Shown piece after piece: positions 41,301-48,796 of a DNA stretch of 48,796 bases (its first letter is position 1; each line of letters begins with the position of its first letter). The stretch lies in the NCBI RefSeq assembly GCF_036365525.1, contig NC_090419.1, positions 11,780,001 through 11,828,796 on the forward strand, read 5' to 3'. The DNA comes from Heterodontus francisci. Taxonomy: Eukaryota. The notes under the pieces are model-generated. The model was not told the origin of the DNA. It saw nothing but the letters and a program-made list of their open reading frames with translations, and did no database searches. Position numbers and translations under genes: made by a program.

Positions 41301-41367
41301 GGTTTGATCCTGAGGGTGATGGAGGGGGGCTTGATCCTGAGGGTGACGGAGGGGGGTTTGATCCTGA
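38335..41367. repeat. ~3 kb G-rich minisatellite, 27-28 bp unit, roughly 110 copies
   Basis: Unit TTTGATCCTGAGGGTGACGGAGGGGGG with variants and variable G-run length. Confidence 0.97.
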
Positions 41368-41763
41368 AGCAGCCAAGTTGACCTGTGGATCTGCTGTGGG
41401 TAAAGCTCACTTTCTCTGAGCATGTTCTGGGCAGCGGCTGCAGTGGAGTAACACTGGCACCTAGTGGCCCCAGGTGCAACTGCAAGCACCGATTCTGCAG
41501 GCATTTCAGTGTCAGACCCTGAACATGTTTCAGTCATTAGTTATATTCTCCTACTCGACTCGTATTGGCGCTTGTGGCATAGAACTAGATGGAAGTTAAT
41601 GCACAGATCGGCGCCATTCAGCCCGACAGCTCTCTGCTTCACTCAAGCCTCAACCAGTCAAATACATTTTGAAGTGCAGTCACTGTTGTAATGTAGGGAA
41701 TGAGGCAGACAAGCTGCAAGATCAAGTGCAGGGTTATTCAGAAAGAACAGGGAGTGGGAATAA

Positions 41764-42071
41764 TTTTTTTTCTTTTTATTTTTATTTATTTAGTGATACA
41801 GCACTGAAACAGGCCCTTCGGCCCACCGAGTCTGTGCCGACCATCAACCACCCATTTATACTAATCCTACCCTAATTCCATATTCCTACCACATCCCCAC
41901 CTGTCCCTATATTTCCCGACCACCTACCTATACTTGGGGCAATTTATAATGGCCAATTTACCTATCAACCTGCAAGTCTTTGGCATGTGGGAGGAAACCG
42001 GAGCACCCGGAGGAAACCCACGCAGACACAGGGAGAACTTGCAAACTCCACACAGGCAGTACCCGGAATTG
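41764..42071 (-). mobile_element. V-SINE/HE1-type SINE, 5' part missing
   Basis: Reverse complement of 48438-48764; TGTGGGAGGAAACCGGAGCACCCGGAGGAAACCCACGCAGACAC core; (TTTA)n tail. Confidence 0.85.
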
Positions 42072-42375
42072 GACAGGGAAGATGAACACCAGGGATCATA
42101 AATGTAAGGCAGTCCTTAATAAATCCAATTGGGAATTCAGGAGGAGGTTCTTTAACACAGGGAGTGGTGAGAATGTAGAATCGGCGATCAAATGGAATGG
42201 GTTGAGGTCGAATAGAGACGATTCAGTTAAGGGGGGAGCTGAATAAATACATGAGTGAGAAAGTAATTGAAGAATCTGCTGATAGGGTAAGATGAAGAGA
42301 GATGGGAGGAGGTCGCTCTTTCGAACAGCCAGGCCAGGATCGATGGGCTGAATGGCCTGGATTTGTCCTGCATGA
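42072..42375 (+). mobile_element. Decayed CR1-type LINE 3' fragment
   Basis: AGGAGGAGGTTCTTTAACACAGGGAGTGGTGAGAATG...GATGGGCTGAATGGCCT, similar to the end of 34458-35452. Confidence 0.6.
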
Positions 42376-42464
42376 TCCAATAAGACCCGTCAACCTGCTG
42401 CCTTGTTTCAGGGCCAAGACAGTTTCATGTTTTAAAATAGTTTGGGGAAAGAGGAGGAGTTGGG

Positions 42465-42925
42465 ACTAAAGTATTTACAGCACAGAAACAGACCATTCGG
42501 CCCGTCCGCTCCGTGCTGGTGTTTCTGCTCCACACGAGCCTCCTCCCACCCCCTCCTTCATCTGCCCCCAACACCATATCCTTCTATTCCTCTCTCCCTC
42601 GTGTGTTTATCCAGCTTAAATACATCGATACTATTCACCTCAACCACTCCCTGTGGCAGCGAGTTCCATATTCTCACCACTCTCTGAGGAAAGGAGTTTG
42701 TCCTGAATTCCTCATTGGATTTATTACTGACTGTCCCCCTAGTGATGGCCCCCTAGTTCTGGTCTCCTCCCACAAGTGGAAAGATCTTCTCTACGTCTAC
42801 CCGATCGAAACCCCCTTCATCATTTTAAAGACCTCTATATCGACTCACCCCTCGGCCTCCTCTGCTGTAAAGAGCCCCAGCCTGTTCAATCCTTCCTGGC
42901 GGTTGTAACCCCTCAGTTCTGGTGT
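42465..42925 (-). mobile_element. Decayed CR1-type LINE 3' fragment
   Basis: CAGCACAGAAACAGACCATTCGGCCC...GAGTTCCATATTCTCACCACTCTCTG...TTTTAAAGACCTCTAT, reverse-strand CR1 tail features. Confidence 0.6.
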
Positions 42926-42954
42926 TACTGCCGGTTCTGTATGGGAGCCAGTGT

Positions 42955-43262
42955 GGGAGAGGGGACAGTAACTGCAGTGAGACAGGGACACCAGCAGATG
43001 GAGATGGTGAGCGGGGGACAGTAACTACAGTGAGACAGGGACACCAGCAGATGGAGATGGTGAGAGGGGACAGAAACTGCAATGAGACAGGGACACCAGC
43101 AGATGGAGATGGTTAGAGGGGACAGTAACTACAATGAGACAGGGACACCAGCAGATGGAGATGGTGAGAGGGGACAGTAACTGCAGTGAGACAGGGACAC
43201 CAGCAGATGGAGATGGTGAGAGGGGACAGTAACTGCAGTGAGACAGGGACACCAGCAGATGG
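42955..43262. repeat. ~52 bp minisatellite, ~6 copies
   Basis: Unit GAGAGGGGACAGTAACTGCAGTGAGACAGGGACACCAGCAGATGGAGATGGT. Confidence 0.9.
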
Positions 43263-43949
43263 GGTTGCTGAGCTATTGCTGATGGGAGATTCTGCGTTAC
43301 TGAGAGTTTGAAAGTTTCCAGAAGTTTGAGGAGTTTACTTTCTTTAAACTTGAGATGCTGAATGAAATAATTTCAGTACAATTGTTGTTAAATGGCTGTT
43401 GTCCTACTATGTAAACACTGGGAACATTAAACTGGTTCCTATTTGGAAAATTATTTTGAATGATTAAAGATAATGCATAAATAAAACAACAGCATCAAAT
43501 AAAACTCAACAATCATTTACAAATAAAAACTCTCGATAAGCTGTGTTGAATCCTTCATCACTAACGTTATGACATCTCTCTCGCTCTCACTTCTCTCTCT
43601 ATGCTGGTATCTTCTCTACTATAACTCAGAGTAATTGAAGTTTTGATCCGATTGTCTTTTGAAAGTTAATATTGAATCTGCTTTCAGAAACCTGTCAGAC
43701 AGTGAATTCCAGACCAGAACAACTCCCTGACTATTTGTTTCTCCCCTCTGCTGGTGTAAACAGTCTCTCCTCACGTCTCCAAACTGCGGGGAAGATTTTG
43801 AATACAATTAATTTCTCCAGGACAGCAGCTGCAGAGGAGCTGGAACCTCCTGAATGTGGACAAGTGATGAACAAAAATCATCTCTGAATCCCCCAGGAGA
43901 GCAGAGGAAAGAAACAGTCTGGAAGCAAATGGAAACAAGTGACACTTTA

Positions 43950-45613
43950 TTTCTTTCTTTTGGGCCTCCTTATCTCGAGAGACAATGGATACGTGCCTGG
44001 AGGTGGTCAGTGGTTTGTGAAGCAGCGCCTGGAGTGGCTATAAAGGCCAATTCTGGAGTGACAGGCTCTTCCACAGGTGCTGCAGAGAAATTTGTTTGTT
44101 GGGGCTGTTGCACAGTTGGCTCTCCCCTTGCGCCTCTGTCTTTTTTCCTGCCAACTACTAAGTCTCTTCGACTCGCCACAATTTAGCCCTGTCTTTATGG
44201 CTGCCCGCCAGCTCTGGCGAATGCTGGCAACTGACTCCCACGACTTGTGATCAATGTCACACGATTTCATGTCGCGTTTGCAGACGTCTTTATAACGGAG
44301 ACATGGACGGCCGGTGGGTCTGATACCAGTGGCGAGCTCGCTGTACAATGTGTCTTTGGGGATCCTGCCATCTTCCATGCGGCTCACATGGCCAAGCCAT
44401 CTCAAGCGCCGCTGACTCAGTAGTGTGTATAAGCTGGGGGTGTTGGCCGCTTCAAGGACTTCTGTGTTGGAGATATAGTCCTGCCACCTGATGCTAAGTA
44501 TTCTCCGGAGGCAGTGAAGATGGAATGAATTGAGACGTCGCTCTTGGCTGGCATACATTGTCCAGGCCTCGCTGCCGTAGAGCAAGGTACTGAGGACACA
44601 GGCCTGATACACTCGGACTTTTGTGTTCCGTGTCAGTGCGCCATTTTCCCACACTCTCTTGGCCAGTCTGGACATAGCAGTGGAAGCCTTACCCATGCGC
44701 TTGTTGATTTCTGCATCTAGAGACAGGTTACTGGTGATAGTTGAGCCTAGGTAGGTGAACTCTTGAACCACTTCCAGAGCGTGGTCGCCAATATTGATGG
44801 ATGGAGCATTTCTGACGTCCTGCCCCATGATGTTCGTTTTCTTGAGGCTGATGGTTAGGCCAAATTCATTGCAGGCAGACGCAAACCTGTCGATGAGACT
44901 CTGCAGGCATTCTTCAGTGTGAGATGTTAAAGCAGCATCGTCAGCAAAGAGGAGTTCTCTGATGAGGACTTTCCGTACTTTGGACTTCGCTCTTAGACGG
45001 GCAAGGTTGAACAACCTGCCCCCTGATCTTGTGTGGAGGAAAATTCCTTCTTCAGAGGATTTGAACGCATGTGAAAGCAGCAGGGAGAAGAAAATCCCAA
45101 AAAGTGTGGGTGCGAGAACACAGCCCTGTTTCACACCACTCAGGATAGGAAAGGGGTCTGATGAGGAGCCACCATGTTGAATTGTGCCTTTCATATTGTC
45201 ATGGAATGAGGTGATGATACTTAGTAGCTTTGGTGGACATCCGATCTTTTCTAGTAGTCTGAAGAGACCACGTCTGCTGACGAGGTCAAAGGCTTTGGTG
45301 AGATCAATGAAAGCAATGTAGAGGGGCATCTGTTGTTCACGGCATTTCTCCTGTATCTGACGAAGGGAGAACAGCATGTCAATGGTCGATCTCTCTGCAC
45401 GAAAGCTACACTGTGCCTCAGGGTAGACGCGCTCGGCCAGCTTCTGGAGCCTGTTCAGAGCGACTCGAGCAAAGACTTTCCCCACTATGCTGAGCAGGGA
45501 GATTCCACGGTAGTTGTTGCAGTCACCGCGGTCACCTTTGTTTTTATAGAGGGTGATGATGTTGGCATCGCGCATGTCCTGGGGTACTGCTCCCTCGTCC
45601 CAGCACAGGCATA
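43950..45613 (-). mobile_element. RTE-clade LINE copy 1, 5'-truncated; uninterrupted 522 aa RT frame (44007-45575)
   Basis: NYRGISLLS, FIDLTKAFD, GVKQGCVLAP, LFADD, LRWLGHV, C-terminal CxxC-x8-GLYSH zinc finger typical of RTE; no endonuclease domain present. Confidence 0.93.
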
Positions 45614-46035
45614 TTACAGCAGCAAAAACTCTTTGTCAGAATGTGGAGGTCGTTATCGCTGAGCTTTATATAAACTGGAGGTGAAAAGTGGAAGATCTTT
45701 AATACAATTTGTGTTCAATGTCCGTTTCCCAGCTTTATAAACCCTTGTAACATTAAACTGATGCATAAATACAGCAGCAGCAAATAAATCACTGAGAAAT
45801 ATAACTGTAAATATAAGTGAGAATTGTTGTGTGAAATGTCACCACTTGTTCTCTTGGCTGCATCATTAACCTGCCTCTAGTTTCAGTCTTTGTCACACAG
45901 TGGAATTGAAAATCTGAATAAAAACTGCCCTGTTTATACTGTAGTCAAACCGGCCTCTCCAGCAAAAACTCTGTCACAATTTCAAGGTAACTGTAATGAG
46001 TCATTGTCTGAACTTCCTGTTAACTGGAGGTGAAT

Positions 46036-47817
46036 TCTTTTGGGCCTCCTTATCTCGAGAGACAATGGATACGCGCCTGGAGGTGGTCAGTGGTTTGTGA
46101 AGCAGCGCCTGGAGTGGCTATAAAGGCCAATTCTGGAGTGACAGGCTCTTCCACAGGTGCTGCAGAGAAATTTGTTTGTTGGGGCTGTTGCACAGTTGGC
46201 TCTCCCCTTGCGCCTCTGTCTTTTTTCCTGCCAACTACTAAGTCTCTTCGACTCGCCACAATTTAGCCCTGTCTTTATGGCTGCCCGCCAGCTCTGGCGA
46301 ATGCTGGCAACTGACTCCCACGACTTGTGATCAATGTCACACGATTTCATGTCGCGTTTGCAGACGTCTTTATAATGGAGACATGGACGGCCGGTGGGTC
46401 TGATACCAGTGGCGAGCTCGCTGTACAATGTGTCTTTGGGGATCCTGCCATCTTCCATGCGGCTCACATGGCCAAGCCATCTCAAGCGCCGCTGACTCAG
46501 TAGTGTGTATAAGCTGGGGATGTTGGCCGCTTCAAGGACTTCTGTGTTGGAGATATAGTCCTGCCACCTGATGCCAAGTATTCTCCGAAGGCAGCGAAGA
46601 TGGAATGAATTGAGACGTCGCTCTTGGCTGGCATACGTTGTCCAGGCCTCGCTGCCGTAGAGCAAGGTACTGAGGACACAGGCCTGATACACTCGGACTT
46701 TTGTGTTCCGTGTCAGTGCGCCATTTTCCCACACTCTCTTGGCCAGTCTGAACATAGCAGTGGAAGCCTTACCCATGCGCTTGTTGATTTCTGCATCTAG
46801 AGACAGGTTACTGGTGATAGTTGAGCCTAGGTAGGTGAACTCTTGAACCACTTCCAGAGCGTGGTCGCCAATATTGATGGATGGAGCATTTCTGACATCC
46901 TGCCCCATGATGTTCGTTTTCTTGAGGCTGATGGTTAGGCCAAATTCATTGCAGGCAGACGCAAACCTGTCAATGAGACTCTGCAGGCATTCTTCAGTGT
47001 GAGATGTTAAAGCAGCATCGTCAGCAAAGAGGAGTTCTCTGATGAGGACTTTCCGTACTTTGGACTACGCTCTTAGACGGGCAAGGTTGAACAACCTGCC
47101 CCCTGATCTTGTGTGGAGGAAAATTCCTTCTTCAGAGGATTTGAACGCATGTGAAAGCAGCAGGGAGAAGAAAATCCCAAAAAGTGTGGGTGCGAGAACA
47201 CAGCCCTGTTTCACACCACTCAGGATAGGAAAGGGCTCTGATGAGGAGCCACCATGTTGAATTGTGCCTTTCATATTGTCATGGAATGAGGTGATGATAC
47301 TTAGTAGCTTTGGTGGACATCCGATCTTTTCTAGTAGTCTGAAGAGACCACGTCTGCTGACGAGGTCAAAGGCTTTGGTGAGATCAATGAAAGCAATGTA
47401 GAGGGGCATCTGTTGTTCACGGCATTTCTCCTGTATCTGACGAAGGGAGAACAGCATGTCAATAGTCGATCTCTCTGCACGAAAGCCATACTGTGCCTCA
47501 GGGTAGACGCGCTCGGCCAGCTTCTGGAGCCTGTTCAGAGCGACTCGAGCAAAGACTTTCCCCACTATGCTGAGCAGGGAGATTCCACGGTAGTTGTTGC
47601 AGTCACCGCGGTCACCTTTGTTTTTATAGAGGGTGATGATGTTGGCATCGCGCATGTCCTGGGGTACTGCTCCCTCGTCCCAGCACAGGCATAGCAGTTC
47701 ATGTAGTGCTGAGAGTATAGCCGGCTTGGCACTCTTGATTATTTCAGGGGTAATGCTGTCCTTCCCAGGGGCTTTTCCGCTGGCTAGGGAATCAATGGCG
47801 TCACTGAGTTCCGTGGT
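46036..47817 (-). mobile_element. RTE-clade LINE copy 2, 5'-truncated, premature stop at 47065-47067, 9 bp TSD
   Basis: Near-identical to copy 1 and ~120 bp longer at its 5' end; AAG>TAG; GAGGTGAAT at 46027-46035 and 47818-47826. Confidence 0.93.
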
Positions 47818-48437
47818 GAGGTGAATAGTGAAAGAGATTTAATACAATTAGTGTTAAATGGCCATTATCCAAACCGACCCCTCCAGGTTTTAAATGACAG
47901 CAGCTTTTCTGCCCTGTTAATGAGGTTTTTGGGGGAGGGAGAGAGAGAGAGACAGGTTTCTGTGTGGAATGGTCCATTTGGGATATGAACTCCTGTTTAC
48001 ACAGACACTCACCTTGGACTGTCCCATACCTGGGAGGGAGCGTCCAGATAGAGGAAGCTGAATGCTGGTTGGATGAGCTGTATTTTGGGTGGACTGTCTG
48101 TTTTGAGTGACAGGTTCTGGGATATCATCAGCCTCCATTCTTTTTTTCTATGCGGCAGGTTTGTGAAGGTGAGTTTCTGTATCTCAGTCTCTGTGTCTCT
48201 GTGCCCAGGTGAATTGCAAGCTGATTACAGTGTGTGTGTGTGAGAGAGAGAGTCCAGTCTGAATCCCCCCTCTCTGTCCCAGTCCTGACCCTTTCTCCAA
48301 TTCCCACCCCAGTCTCCCTCTCCAGGATCTTTTCCCCATGGACGAGCTGATGTAGGGAAGTGTGAGAAACGTAGGAAGGTGTTAGAGTCCAACGATGGAG
48401 CGCAGACCGTGTGGGATGGTGAGTATCACATCTTTAT

Positions 48438-48764
48438 GGGGCAGCACAGTGGTTCGCACTGCAGCCTCACAGCTCCAGTGACCCGAGTTCAATTCTGAGT
48501 ACTGCCTGTGTGGAGTTTGCAAGTTCTCCCTGTGTCTGTGTGGGTTTCCTCCCACAGCCAAAAGACTTGCAGGTTGATAGGTAAATTGGCCATTATAAAT
48601 TGCCCCTAGTATAGGTAGGTGGTAGGAGAATATAGGGACAGGTGGGGATGTGGTAGGAATATGGGATTAGTGTAGGATTAGTATAAATGGGTGGTTGATG
48701 GTTGGCACAGACTCGGTGGGCCGAAGGGCCTGTTTCAGTGCTGTATCTCTAAATAAATAAATAA
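48438..48764 (+). mobile_element. V-SINE/HE1-type tRNA-derived SINE
   Basis: tRNA-like head (GGGGCAGCACAGTGG..., B-box-like GAGTTCAATTC), V-domain TGTGTGGAGTTTGCAAGTTCTCCCTGTGTCTG, CR1-like tail GGGCCGAAGGGCCTGTTTCAGTGCTGTATCTC, (TAAA)n end. Confidence 0.88.
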
Positions 48765-48796
48765 ATTGTCTCTCTGCCTTTCTCTCTCCTTCTGAC

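Noticed and set aside
38260-41537. Long Gly- or Pro-rich ORFs (up to 531 aa) on both strands
   Set aside because: By-products of a 27 bp repeat; frames shift with G-run length and there is no gene structure.
44007-45575. RT ORF as a domesticated host gene or autonomous element
   Set aside because: 5'-truncated without endonuclease or promoter; the near-identical neighbour has a stop, consistent with recent dead-on-arrival copies.
48438-48510. tRNA gene
   Set aside because: tRNA-derived SINE head, continuous with the SINE body and (TAAA)n tail; no complete cloverleaf.

Overview
Vertebrate genomic DNA, most likely a cartilaginous fish (V-SINE/HE1-type SINEs, CR1 and RTE LINEs, a Penelope-type terminal fragment). 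Bases 1 to ~34200 are a head-to-tail array of a ~12.7 kb unit. It holds five intact, five-exon, + strand alpha-tubulin genes of two alternating types (A1-B1-A2-B2-A3), each with a GC/CCAAT/TATA promoter and AATAAA. The array appears to continue upstream of the window. The tubulins are unusual: type A encodes Gln at the acetylation site Lys40 while type B keeps K40; both end in ...LDRRAEEEE(E) with no terminal Tyr; both have a remodelled H11-H12 outer surface. B1 alone carries N101K. An orphan exon-1 relic follows each A gene and marks the unit boundary. A recent 100 bp insertion with a 12 bp target-site duplication carries a minimal hammerhead-ribozyme motif. The remaining ~14.6 kb is repeat-rich: LINE fragments, 54/27 bp minisatellites, a 3 kb G-rich minisatellite, two near-identical RTE retrotransposon copies and an inverted SINE pair. 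All comparisons were made by eye; residue numbering follows vertebrate TUBA1 as recalled.
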